Shown here in pieces: positions 13,400 through 26,102 of a stretch of DNA of 64,000 nt (positions are counted from its first letter, which is position 1; the number at the start of each line of letters is the position of its first letter). Position numbers and translations under genes: made by a program. The notes under the pieces were generated by a model that had not been told where the DNA came from, ran no database searches, and saw only the letters and a program-made list of their open reading frames with translations. The DNA is from Octopus sinensis (taxonomy: Eukaryota), in NCBI RefSeq assembly GCF_006345805.1, contig NC_043003.1:5952001-6016000 (forward strand). Direction: 5' to 3'.

Positions 13400-14966
13400 A
13401 TGTGTGTGTGTGGGGGGGATTCTTGATATTTGCAATTCCATTGTTTTGTGCTATCAACAGTGCCTGAACCGAACTAGAGCAGTCATCAGTTTAAATGAAC
13501 AAGTATTCATATAAACATTAAATTCTGTTCGTAGATTCCGTTAAATCTTCAAAATGAAATACATTTCAATAAACATTGACTTCATAACCGTTCAAAGTGT
13601 GCACACCTATTTGTATATATGTTCTTTTATTTCTTTATATGTTTCAATTTTTAATTGGCCACTTTTATGGGATTGGCTTCTGGCGAAGAAGGGAGTTCGA
13701 TATCGCCGTCGGCTTTTTAGTTTTGTGCTTGATATTGGTTCATCTGGGATCTTGGACAGTAAGAGGTCAAGTTGTTTCTTGAAAACATCTACTTCCTCTC
13801 CATGGAGCCCCCTCAGATGTTTTGGCAAGGAATTAAATAGCTGTGGACCCTTAAATCCCAAGCTATTGCAGTACATGGTTCTCGCCCTAGATGAGACAGC
13901 TGGAACTTTTGGAACAGTGCAGTTATGAGCATTTCGAGGTCTGGTATAACTCTCAATTCCAAAGTTTGGTGCCAGCCCCTCCTGTATCTTCCAAACATAT
14001 ATCACTGCATATTCTCTCCCTTCTTCTCTCCAGAGAGTAAAGTCGTAGCTCTTTCAGTCTCGTCCAGTAGCTCAGCTGTTTTATTGATGCAATCTTTGTT
14101 GTGTAGTATCTCTGAACCGCCTCAAATTCTGCTATTAATCCTACGGTATAGGGTGACCACAGTTGGGAGCAGTAGTCCAGACGGCTGACGACAAATGTTC
14201 TCCATAGGACTAGCATAGTTTCCTGGGCCCATGTTCTGAAGGTTCTCAGAATCCATCCGGCCATTCGCCCGCACATTGCCACCATCTTGATGACATGCAT
14301 AGGAAACGAGGCATCGTTGCTCATATCAATCCCAAGATCAGGCACCTTGGATTTCCGCTGCTTTTGCTCCAAAGTATCGTTGTTGTGTCTTCTGAGCACC
14401 AATTAGCTGGTAGCGGATGTCTTGGAATTTGCCTGCATTAAACTGCATGCGGTTTTCCTCAGCCTATTTATATATGGCATCTAGGTGTCACTGTAGAAGA
14501 TTAGCATCAGAAGGTTCTTGGCTGCTTCTACTTCTTTTGTGTCATCGGCATAGCTAGTAAGCGTGGCTGTCTGTGTAACTGATGGCATGTCTGAAAGATG
14601 CACCATGAACAATAGTGGCTCCAATACAGTTCTCTGAGGCACTCCACTTTCTATTAATGTCTCTGTGGAGAGGTTTCCGTTGGCTGCTACAATTTGTGAC
14701 TTATCATCCCGTGATCAACGTTATCAGAGATTTTTGCAAAGTCGAGATATATCACATCTACATTTGAGCGATTCCTTAATTGTTTCAATACTGAGTGCTG
14801 CAAAAGCTGTGTAAGGCAGCTTATTCCGGAGCGAAAGCCATGCTGCGTGTCAGGAAGCAAGTCATTATCTTAAAGGAACGCAACTAGTTTCTTCCCGACA
14901 ATGTGCTCCATGACTTTGCTGACATGGGAAGTTAGAGAGACAGGTCTATAATACTTAGCGTCAGCT
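13400..14966 (-). mobile_element. 5'-truncated CR1-group LINE, decayed RT and C-terminus
   Basis: YYRPVSLTSHVSKVME, QHGFRSG, SGVPQRTVLEPLLF, SYADDTK (YADD at 14541-14552), SRLDYCSQLWSP, YSLERRRER, GPQLFNSLP. 3' boundary approximate. Confidence 0.88.
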
Positions 14967-14974
14967 CAGCTAAC

Positions 14975-15212
14975 TCCCGTGGCCTAGTGGTTAGGGTGTC
15001 AGCATCATGATCGTAAGATTGTGGTTTCGATTCCTGGATCGGACGACGCGTTGTGTTCTTGAGCAAAACACTTCATTTCACATTGCTCCAGTCCACTCAG
15101 CTGGCAAAATGAGTAACGCTGCGATGGACTGGCGTCCCGTCCGCCTGGAGAACACATATGCCATATGCCGGGAAACCGGGCCCATGAGTCTGGCTAGGCT
15201 TTAAAAGGGCGC
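14975..15212 (+). mobile_element. SINE-D, tRNA-headed CORE-type SINE
   Basis: A/B boxes; CORE-like TTGAGCAAAACACTTCATTTCACATTGCTCCAGTCCACTCAGCTGGCAAAATGAGTA; tail CTGCGATGGACTGGCGTCCCGTCC...GAAACCGGGCCC. Confidence 0.75.
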
Positions 15213-15218
15213 ATTTAT

Positions 15219-15289
<71 letters not shown>

Positions 15290-15299
<10 letters not shown>

Positions 15300-16150
15300 T
15301 GAGAATATATGTCTGTCTGTCTGTATGTCTGTCTGTGTGTTTCCCTAAAACTTGAGAACTACACAACCAATTTCATTCAAATTTTACACATGCCTTACTT
15401 AAGGTCCTGGAAGTGTCATCGGCAAAACAATTTTAACTTTTTCCTTAGGGCGACCCCACAGCAATATCATATCTTCTCCACTATTTCAGTATTACGTGTT
15501 AAAAGTGAAACAAAAACATCTCTCTATTGTAATGCAGACATTCAACTTAATACTGAAATTATTAAAGTGAAAGTATTATATAACAGGAATGAACCATTAA
15601 CAGTGGTCATTCATTTTGCTAGAAGAAGATCCGCTATGGTCTTATATGCTACACCACTGGTTTTCAATTCATATTAATCAAATTAATATTCAATTTTTCA
15701 CCCTTATTATGTGTGTGTGTGTATGTGTGTGTAATAGCAATTCGTATAAAATTGCATCAATGACTTGAACTTGAATAAGTGGTTTCACATAAATGGGGAT
15801 AAATTAAAAAGGTTTGTTGTTATTATTATTACTGTTTGACTATTGTAATCACATTTGTTGGTACCGCGTGAGGGAAACGTTGTTGTGTTGCATTTGTTAA
15901 ATAATTGTAAACGTAACCCTCCCCCTTTCATAGAAGGGGCTTTGGTTATTGTTTAAAAATTGATTTGTGTCCCTGTTTGGGAAAATTGACAATATTTTCA
16001 CCGTCTTTACGGAAGCATTTTTGTTAAAATGCCTTCGATAGAAGAAAGTCCAAAAATGAATTTCGCTGCAGCCGTACACTTCTATACAAGAGGGAGGACA
16101 AGATCCAATTGATCGAAATTGCAAGATACGGGCCTACAATTCCAGTCTGT
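15290..16150 (+). mobile_element. Non-autonomous Helitron-like element with a RepHel remnant; 3' end not seen
   Basis: 5' end ATATAAAACTGAG..CCCTAAAACTTGAGAACTACACAACCAAT shared with 17734; plus-frame remnant ...SLQPY...CKIRAYNSSL at ~16030-16148 resembles the IRxYNS motif upstream of the Rep domain. Confidence 0.6.
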
Positions 16151-16199
16151 TATATATTTTGAGTACTGTTATCACTAGCGATATCAAGATATAACTTGG

Positions 16200-16540
16200 A
16201 CTCCACCTGTACTTGCTTGCAATGAATCATTCCTGAGAGTATGAGACCTTCAGGCCATTTGAAATCACCCATAAGAAATATGGTCACGTGGTGTTCCAGA
16301 TTCATGAGGATTTCTTTAATTCTTGTGAGGCAATCTTCAAACATGCCTATGTGATTTGGAGCATCCGGGGGCAATATGTATATATATATATAGATGTATA
16401 TAGATATATACATATATATATACACACATATATATATACACATATATATGTATACACAATCCCAGAGCCTGAGTCTGTGAGGGACCTGGGTATCGACATG
16501 AGTGAGGATACCTCTTTCCAATTGCACATTACCAGGATGT
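16200..16540. mobile_element. Two CR1-like LINE scraps in opposite orientation split by (TA)n
   Basis: Minus: LPPDAPNH...IFLMGDFKW (APE YRPP/GDFN region). Plus 16455-16538: IPEPESVRDLGIDMSEDTSFQLHI (post-RT DLG motif). Confidence 0.65.
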
Positions 16541-16757
16541 GTGTGTTTGTGTGTGCATGTGTGTGAGTGTCCTCAAGAAGTGTGTTTTGTCCATATTTGA
16601 ATGTGTGTGCTTTCATTAGTCATTTCTTTGCGTGTGTCTTTGTATGTAAGTACACCTCTTGGTTTAATCTCGTCTGCGCGCCGATAATTACGTAAGTTCG
16701 TGTCCTGCCCACCACACACACATATATATATATATATATGCATACATGTTTCTATGC

Positions 16758-16818
<61 letters not shown>

Positions 16819-16960
16819 AGTAGAAAATGAAATATCTTTTTATGGATAATTCGTTTAACCGATACCTGGGTAGCAAATTCACATCAGAAATAACACGGCT
16901 GAAGTTACGTGCCTAGGGCAGAGACTACGTGCTTTCGTGTGGAAATTTGTGTGAATTTTT

Positions 16961-17284
16961 ATAAAATTTATGAATAAATGAAAGAATGGAGTTGAACAAC
17001 AAATTAATAAATTTCCTTTATTTTCGACATATGTTTCGAAGGCTGTATATTCCTAATTGTGAAGGATTTATCGCTATGCGCTCCGTGAGAGCAGTCATCT
17101 AAAAGTTTTTGTGAATCTTGATGTTGACATAAATTCCTTGTTTTTCCTGATGAGAAAGCGGCATAATGTACTCCTTATTCCTTCACAATTAGGAATATGC
17201 AGCCTTCGAAACACATGTCGAAAATAAAGGAAATTTGTTAATTTGTCGTTCAACTCCATTCTTTCATTTATTCATAAATTTTAT
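16961..17284. repeat. 106-bp inverted repeat (Penelope-like terminal repeat pair), 112-bp spacer
   Basis: 16961-17066 is the reverse complement of 17179-17284 with 4 transition mismatches. Confidence 0.9.
17142..17224 (+). ncRNA. Minimal type I hammerhead ribozyme motif
   Basis: TTTTC-CTGATGA(17147-17153)-long stem II-GAAA-C-ACAT-G-TC(17219)-GAAAA; 5-bp stem I, intact core, GUC site. Confidence 0.7.
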
Positions 17285-17293
17285 TTTTAAAAA

Positions 17294-17370
<77 letters not shown>

Positions 17371-17733
17371 TGTGCATACATGTATGTATATGTGTGTACA
17401 TGTGTGTGTCTTTGTATTCATTTCTGGGTATATATGTTTCTCAGCTAGTGTGTACGCTTGTATGAAATTGTATTTCTATCGCTCTATATACGTATGTATT
17501 TTGACACATAATGTATGGCAGATACTTACATATTATGTGTTTGTGTGTGTGTGTGTTTATGTATGTATGTATGTATATGTGTGTGTACTTGTATGTATTT
17601 GTATATATGTATGTGTGAGTGTACATATACATACATGCATACATATCTACCTGCCAGCACACACACGTATATAATGTTATTTTTGTCTGTTTATGTGCGA
17701 ATATGTGTACTTGTGTGTATGTGTATCTATTTA

Positions 17734-18000
17734 TCTTTATATATATAAAACTGAGGATGTGTGTCTGTCTATATGAATCCCTAAAACTTGGGAACTACAC
17801 AACCAATGTCATTCAAATTTTACACATGCCTAACTTAGGGTCCATGTAGTCTCATGGGCTCGCTCTGGGCGCCATTGGGGCGACTGTAAACCGCTACCGG
17901 CCCACAGTCGACGCTATAGCGGGGTTGGGTTGGGTTGGGTTGGGTTGGGTTGGTAGTTGTATACAGTCTCCCTAATGTCGCCCAGAGCAAGCTCCGGTCG
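17734..18000 (+). mobile_element. Non-autonomous Helitron-like element, 5' part (3' end not located)
   Basis: A|TC start (ATCTTTATATATATAAAACTGAG), ~110 bp shared with 15290; contains a 31-bp inverted repeat around (GGGTT)6. Confidence 0.6.
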
Positions 18001-18750
18001 CCGTAGCGTCAACTTTGCAAATTAAATATAATTTTGAGATACGTGGAATGTCAAAGCTGCTATCAAAAACAGGACAGTGAAAACTTTCGGTAAGGGCTGT
18101 TTAACCCTAACGTGGTGAAGTGGTGAACGCTGGAGTAAAAAAGCTTTGTCAAGAGACAGACAAGAATGCGTTATAGTTATAAACTGAACGAGAAGAAAAA
18201 TAATTACATTTAGAAATAGAGATCTATAATCATTGAGGACAGAATTTGAGTTAGATATAGAGAACTATAAATATTGTATTATGCATAAAGTGGTGGCTTA
18301 CATTCGAGGCTTCCAATTTCTCAGTAAAATATAAGATAGTCGCAAAATCATCGCACATGTCACCATCGATTACAAACACCGGTGGAAGATAAAAGTTCCA
18401 GCGGACATTCTTGTTCTTTCGTTTGTGAAGGATCGTATTATGTTTCGGCTTAAAATAAATTACAGATACAAATATAATGTATAGAAATATATAAAAACCA
18501 GAATAGAAAATAAACGTCTTAGGCATATAAAATGAGATAACATGAGATATCAAGGTGTTATAAACTTGAAACCTACTAGAATATCATAGATTATATATAT
18601 CAAGTCATCCAATCAGTTCTGTGCAATTTTACCTTTTTTTTTGATTTGAATGAAATTTAATAGTATTTTCAAATGTCTAATTCAATTAAAAATTATTTTT
18701 ATGTGTTTGTGTACGTTTAAACTAATTCAATATTGTTTTACAAAATAATA

Positions 18751-20086
18751 GAGGGGGTCCACAAAGTCTGCGTACATGGGGATTAACACATACTCTTAAA
18801 ACAAACCAATTTTATTTAATTATAATGTTAATAAATAATATTTTCAAAGTGATTTCCATCATTTTTCAATGCATAACTTGATGCGCCTTGCAAAATTCAG
18901 GTGAACTTGATTAAATAAGTCTACATTGCCATCAATTTCAGCGCACTGGCTGGTAATGCGTTCTCTCATTTTTTTTATATCTGTAATCTTTATTGTAATC
19001 TTTCTTTTTGAACATACCCCAGAAAAAGAAATCAAGGGGAGAAAGGTCTGGTGAACGAGGGGACCTTTCCATATGAGCCCTTCTTCCAATCCAGTGAGGA
19101 AAAGTGTCATTAAGCCAATCTCTAACAGTTGTGGCAAAATGGGTAGGGGCCCCATCCTGCTGAAACCAATTCGGAAGACCCTCGCCTAGGCGCTCAATTT
19201 GAGATATTAATTTGTCTCTCAATATGTTTACATAAGTCTCATCCGTTACATGTTCAATGAAGAAGGGTCCTAGAACATGAGCTTTCCACAAACCACACCA
19301 CACCACACCATCACCTTTTTGCTGCCTTGCTGTTTGGATGGATCCATCCAATGTGGATTACCTCGAGACCAGTATAGAAGATTCTGTCTGTTGACCTCAC
19401 CATTTACATAAAACGTAGCTTTATCACTGAACAACAAAGTTTTTCGTAAAATTGATATTTTCATCCAGTTTATCTGAAAACCATTCGCACGTCTACATTC
19501 GTCTATCAGGGTCGTCTTCATTTCAGTGATGCGATATATGTAGGTTGTATCGATGAAACTTTTCCTCAACCAGCATTTTGTGGATGGTTGGTTTTGGAAC
19601 ACCTAACACCGTGGATGTCCGACGAAGTGATTTCTTTGGGTTAGCAGAAACTTTAGACATGACAGCCTCTTTCGTTCCACATGAAGTCTTTGGTCGCCCG
19701 GAACGGCGTTTATCCAAAACACTGCCTGTTTGTTTAAATTTCTTGATCAATTTCCCGACGGCAGTAAAAAAAAAATAGGTTACCTATAAGGGTGTCGAAG
19801 ATTAAATTCTTCCGCAATTTTGTGATAAGACCATCCCTCTCGCCCACTTAATAATACTAACTCGATTCTTTCTTCGTTAGACAGATCCATCATTCGATCT
19901 AGGATTCTTTCTTCTTTAGACAGAGCCATCATTCGATGATCTGTAGAAAAAATAACAAATAAATTTAGAAAAGTAAAGTTTTTTTTTTATTTAATTTAAA
20001 CAAAAGTAAAAATGGAAAATTATTATTTCTTATATTTGTTTATGTTATGATTTTATTGCATGTACCCAGACTTCGTGGACACCCTA
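18751..20086 (-). mobile_element. Tc1/mariner element, rosa (DD41D)-like, frameshifted transposase
   Basis: 28-bp TIRs (18751-18778 / 20059-20086), TA at left; KKFKQTGSVLDKRRSGRP, FSDKATFYVNGEVNRQN, WFQQDGAPTH...RSPDLSPLDFFFWG. Confidence 0.9.
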
Positions 20087-20087
20087 A

Positions 20088-20280
20088 AATTGCTTTGATT
20101 AAAACCCTTTCAACATGGAAGTATCCAGGGAGCATTTAAGGCACATATAATTATTTATGAGTACAATAAAGGTAACTCTGCAGCCGAAGTGACTCGAAAC
20201 ATACACTCAGTTTATGGGAAAGTGCTTGAATGAAAGAACTTGCAGGAGATCGTTTGCAAAACTGAAGATGAAGATCGAAT
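20088..20280 (+). mobile_element. 5' fragment of a mariner transposase, same family as 21135-22262
   Basis: MEVSREHLRH..YEYNKGNSAAEVTRNIHSVYG matches YEYEKSNSAAEATRNIHSVYG. Confidence 0.75.
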
Positions 20281-20488
20281 ATATATATATATACGTTTTT
20301 ATGTGTAACTATATGTATATATGTACAAAAACAGGTATTTCGCTAAATGCAATTGTTTGCATTATAATTTGATCTTCACTTGTGACACCTGATGCCTGCC
20401 CTACTTAATCTCTGTTTATTTGTCCAAAAATATTTTTAGACGCTAAATGTTTTTTTCTGCGTATTTATCCATGAATATATGTGAGTGA

Positions 20489-20539
<51 letters not shown>

Positions 20540-20607
20540 CGCGCGTGTGTGTGTGTGTCGAGTTAGATAGATAGACAGATAGATATATATTAAGATAGAT
20601 ATATATT

Positions 20608-20680
<73 letters not shown>

Positions 20681-21134
20681 GTGTTCTTTGCCCTACTTTA
20701 ATTCAGTTAATTTGAGCCAACCTGCTGCCTGGTAACAGTGTTGTGAAGGAAAGTATCTCATTTTGTTTGTCATACATTAAATCTTTAGAAGGGCCTTCTT
20801 TTAATTGCCCCGTTTGTAGCGTGTGAATTAAGGAATTGCATTTTGTTCCTAGGAAACCTTGTTCGGCCATAGTTTGCTTCCACCAGACTTTTACAAAACT
20901 CGTTGCTCCAATAATGTCTATGCCGCTTCCTGTGGAATCTAGACAGATGTGGTAAGAATGTTGCGATTGTGTTCCGAACCCAAAGACAAATGCCTCAGCG
21001 GCATACGACTGGAGTGCGTTTAAATTAATTTTTATAACATGTGAATAAAATTTCTCAGGGATGCATTCTTTATGATGAGAATAGTTAGGCGGTTGCTTCC
21101 TTACTAAAAGAGGTGAGCCAAATGATTTTAATTA

Positions 21135-22262
21135 CCAGGTCATCCCATAAGTTCTGTCCGAATTATGAATAAAGAAAACGAGTGAACAAATATTATGTTT
21201 AATTGAAATTTAATCATCAGTGTACTTTCCCTGATTATCTATGACTTCCTGCAATCTATTTACAAGCTTCTTAATCCCATCAATGTAAAACTCTTTTGGT
21301 TTCAAAGCAAAGAACTCTGAAATGTCAGTTCCGACCTTCTCCTGGCTTGCGAAAGTTATGTCCACCAAATGATTCTATAAACTACGAAATAAATGGTAAC
21401 CTGAAGGAGCAAGGTCGGTAGAATAAGGTGGATGATGTGATCTTTGCCGTGTGGGGTCGCGCATGAAACATCACTCCTTTTCAATTCACTAAAGCATTTT
21501 TTTTCTTCCTTCGAAGCTTGAGTCAAAGGCTCTAATTTCTGACAGCAGACTTGAGCATTGATTGTTGCATTAAGTAGTAACAATTCAAAGTGGATTACTC
21601 CTTTGTAATCCTACCAGATAGAGGTTGTGGTTGAGCCTTTTCCCTTTTACCAAGCCACTATTTACGGCGTTAAACATTTCGATATAAGATCCATTTTTGT
21701 CACCAGCCACAAGTCTATCCAAAAATGGTGAAAGGAGTTCGCGAGAATGGAGAGCAGAGCAGATGTCAACTCGGGATTTGCGTTTGCTTTCGGACAATTC
21801 ATGAGGCACCCATTTGCCAAGTTTAGGAACCTTTCCAAGTTGTTGAAGATGACGATGAACGGTTGTATGGTTTGAACTACGCTTTATTGCCAATTCTTCA
21901 ACTGATAATGCAGGATTTTCTTCAAGAAATGTCTCAAGGAGCTTATCATCAAACTCAACTGGACGTCCTGTTCGGTCTTCATTTTCAAGGCTGAAATCTC
22001 TACTTCTGAATTTTGCAAACCATTTTTTGCAAGTTCTTTCATTCAAGCATTTTTTCCCATAAACTGAGTGTATGTTTCGAGTCGCTTCGGCTGCAGAGTT
22101 TGATTTTTCGTACTCATAAAGCATTATGAGCTTCAAATGGCCATGTTAGAAAGGAATTTAATCAACGATATTTTAATTCTATTAGACATTCTAAAATATT
22201 TTTAAATTTCATATTCAATTTTAAAAAAGGTAAAATCAGACAGAACTTATAGGATGACCTGA
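21135..22262 (-). mobile_element. Mariner element with internal deletion
   Basis: ~30-bp TIRs CAGGTCATCC(C/T)ATAAGTTCTGTC, TA on both sides (21133-34, 22263-64); HTH region, GRP and WVPHEL motifs. Confidence 0.9.
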
Positions 22263-22323
22263 TATTTTAACGAATACAAAAGTTTCTAATTAAATATAAA
22301 TTAATATTCATTGGAATTAAATG

Positions 22324-22355
<32 letters not shown>

Positions 22356-22559
22356 TTCTCTCTGTCTCCCTCTCTTACTCTCTCATCTCGATGCCCTTTC
22401 TACAATCTGCTTCAGAGACGAATAGATTTGTTCCACCTTCGTTCACGCATTTCCCATTTACTCATCTATTTTATATTTATTTTGTTTATCCGCATAATTG
22501 TATTTCTCTCTCTCTCACTCTCTCACTCTCATTGTGTGTGTATATGCATATATATATAT

Positions 22560-22745
22560 AGGGAGAGTTTACGAAAAAAACAAAAAACGAAGACAGGTGG
22601 TGTACAAAACAAACAGATGTATTAGTATAACGCTCAGGAATAGAAAAATTCTTTTACGTTTCGAGCCTACGCTCTTCTACAGAAAGGTACACAGAAAAAA
22701 ACAAGGAGAAAAAAAAATGTGTGTAGGAGCTAACGATCTATCATG
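22560..22745 (-). repeat. Penelope-like terminal-repeat fragment with a variant hammerhead (22651-22686)
   Basis: Minus: CTTT-CTGTAGA-A-GAGC-GTAG-GCTC-GAAAC-GTA-AAAG; core position A6 is U. Confidence 0.5.
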
Positions 22746-23573
22746 AGGGAGAAAGGGAGGAGTAAGAGACATACATATATACAGCATACATACGACATAC
22801 ATACATACATACATACATACATACATACATACATACATACATACATAAGTATGTACGTACATGCAGTCATATGAGTTGACTTTTAAAACTCTTGTTGCAG
22901 TCTCTCTTTTCTGTGCTAGATTTTAATGAACAAAATGGTGGCGAAAGCCGAAAACCCAGAAGGCATCATATTAACTAAGAATAAATAAAGAATCGAAAGA
23001 GGTGAAATAATTCCAGCCGCCTCAGTTGAAGCAAAAAAAAATAATAATACTTGTCCCTAAGAACTTGATCCGTTTGGTAGGAGTCATCACAGTATTATAA
23101 ATAAGGCACTGCACGTGTAATAAGAAATTACTGTTGGTCTAATCGATCCATATGGTGAAAAACTTTTCAAGAATCGAACTAGATGTAATATAAGGAGTTC
23201 TGACGATTGTGAAACGATGAATGCGAGACGGAGTTAAAGAAATATCGGAATATCACACTTTCTGTGGAAGGAGATGAGATGGAAATAATTTTCGACTTAA
23301 AAACACTGTTTCTTGTTACTTTTGTTATTCCGAATCGGTATTCTCTTTCATACCAGTTGACCAGCGCAACAACACAATAGATCAGTTATGAATAACAACA
23401 AATGATAAATAAATAAATAATTCTACTCCATGTCGAAACTATATTGCTTTCGTCCATACACTCAAATGTAGACACACACACATACACACACTTTCACACA
23501 CATATAATACAGAGAGAGAGAGAGAAATAGATTTAACATGCATAGATACAAAGTGCCTTATTTTTGTGCGCGC

Positions 23574-23620
<47 letters not shown>

Positions 23621-23825
23621 GTTTATGTGTAATATGTCTATGTAGGTATATATAAGATGTTGAGTATAGAGAGGGGGGGTGATGACTAGAGAAAGAAATG
23701 ACAACAAATCCGCCCCAGGTAGGAAAAAAAAACTGCAATGAATATAGTCCCCCATGTGTACAAATACATACACGCACATATTTGTACACGTACATATATC
23801 TGCGCAAATGTATGTCTATGCGTAT

Positions 23826-23859
<34 letters not shown>

Positions 23860-24466
23860 CAGGGTTAGCTCAAGAGAAGTATTGAATTATCTATGAATCT
23901 TCATATCTACCTAACACAATATGCTGACGTTAATATAATTACTGACAGAAATAAGGTCTATTTTCCACACACTCTTCTTTCTGTCAGATTTCGTTAGAAA
24001 TATCGCAAAAGATTCTCTATTGAGAACACTGTAATTATCTCTTTTCGCCGTTTATTCATAACAGCGAGATTGCGTGCGAGGCGGAGATAAAGTCTTTACT
24101 TCAGTAAACGAGTCTTTGCCATGAAACTACTCCAACTCAGCCGAGAAATCATATTGGGCGTCTACGAATACACAATACCTGCAATTTCGGGTTATTAAGC
24201 TGATTTATAAAGGCCTATCTTTTTTTATCTCGCAACGTGAGTCGTTTTATTTCACGAATTCTCGATACGATTTGTTAACATTTACCAAACATGATACACG
24301 AACGAGTTGGAAATATTTTTGCAAGCTTTACAAAATGTTTCGACGTTTGATTAACGGCTGCCATATTTGGTTCACTGAACATTTCGCAATGAACGATCAC
24401 GCTTACTGGTCATCTGCCTTATCTTTCTACCATCTACATGATCCTTCCGCTGTTGCTGTTCTTGTT

Positions 24467-24517
<51 letters not shown>

Positions 24518-25046
24518 CCCTATCAAATCCCAGCTTACCATCTTAAATAATGACACATTGAGATAATAAGCACAATACTTTTACAAAAAAACACGGCATC
24601 CTAAATAGAGAACTCTTTAAAACAAAATGGCTAAATGATCACGGTCCGAATGTCATTTGATCATACTTCTACCTGGTCAGTTAAACACGACTAATAACAA
24701 TATATTAGACGCGATGACCTGCAATTTGGGATCAGAAAGAGATGTAGGGTCAGTGTTTGGGCATTTAAATATTCTTTCTATTGTTTTGTTGCAGTTGTTG
24801 GTAGCGTTGGAGTGTAACCGAGAACATCAGAGAAATCCGGGATACGAATTTCATTCTATTTGTATAATACCTCTGTCCAGCTAAACCAAACTGCCCACCC
24901 GAGCAGGGTGCGATGATTGGAGTGTCACCTGACAAATTAGACAGTTAAACTGTCTCGGTAGCCTGGGGTTTTCTGCTCACCCGGAAGTGCTTCTGTATTT
25001 CTTGTCGGAAGAGGGGAATAGCATGGGATGCAGCATCATAGAACGG

Positions 25047-25370
25047 ACATTTCTCTCTCTCTCTTTTTTTCTCTCTCTTTCTCTCTCTCTTCCTCTCTCT
25101 CTCTTTCACTTTCTTTTTCTCTCTCTTTCGCTCTCTCCCTCCTTCTCTCTCTCTCTTTTTCTCTCTCTCCCTGTCACTTTCTTTTTCTCTCTCTTTCTCT
25201 CTCTCTCTGTCACTTTCTTTTTCTCTCTCTTTCTCTCTCTCTCTGTCACTTTCTTTTTCTCTCTCTTTCTCTCTTTCTCTGTCTGTCTGTCTCTCCCTCT
25301 CTCTCTTTTTCTCTCTCTCCCTGTCACTTTCTTTTTCTCTCTCTTTCTCTCTTTCTCTGTCTGTCTGTCT

Positions 25371-25402
<32 letters not shown>

Positions 25403-25545
25403 GTCTCTCTCTCTCTCTTTCTCTTTGTCTGTCTGTCTGTCTCTCCCTCTCCCTCTCTATCTTTCTCTTTCTCTCTCCCTCTCTCCCTCTCTCTCTCTTT
25501 CTCTCTCTCTCTTTCTCATTCTCTTTCTCAATTATCCACTCTGTT
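25047..25545. repeat. (CT)-rich compound micro/minisatellite
   Basis: Recurrent ~30-bp unit CTCTCTCTGTCACTTTCTTTTTCTCTCTCTT embedded in (CT)n. Confidence 0.9.
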
Positions 25546-25756
25546 TCTCTACGTCCGTAGATAAAGGTCATTCCAGCAAAGAGGGACAAATGGATAAAAA
25601 CTGTAACGCAACAGTCGCAAAGTGTTTCACTCTCACCCCCCCCCCCAACAGCCTGCTCTCAGCTACGTCCACCCTCACAAATGCCAGCCCCCACCTCACT
25701 TCATTTACCATCCATGACGGCAAAAACTTCTGATTTGAATGAATATCCTGATCACC

Positions 25757-25777
25757 ACAAAATACCATCACCATCAC

Positions 25778-25812
<35 letters not shown>

Positions 25813-25935
25813 CCACCATCACCATCATCATCATCATCATCATTATCCTCATCATTATCCTCATCAGCATCAGCAGCAGTAGCAGTAGTATTGTAACTAT
25901 CATCATCACTTAAACCATCATTATATTCATCGTCG

Positions 25936-25977
<42 letters not shown>

Positions 25978-26005
25978 CCACCACCATCATCATCATCACT
26001 ACCAC

Positions 26006-26037
<32 letters not shown>

Positions 26038-26102
26038 CCACCACCATCATCATCATCATCATCACTTAAACCATCATTATATTCATCATCACCACCATCA
26101 AC
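25757..26102. repeat. (CAT/CAC)n trinucleotide array with a duplicated interruption
   Basis: ATCATCACTTAAACCATCATTATATTCATC occurs at ~25902 and ~26058. Confidence 0.9.

Noticed and set aside
23195-23222. CTGACGA...GAAAC hammerhead-like core
   Set aside because: No stem II, no NUH triplet and no stem I pairing.
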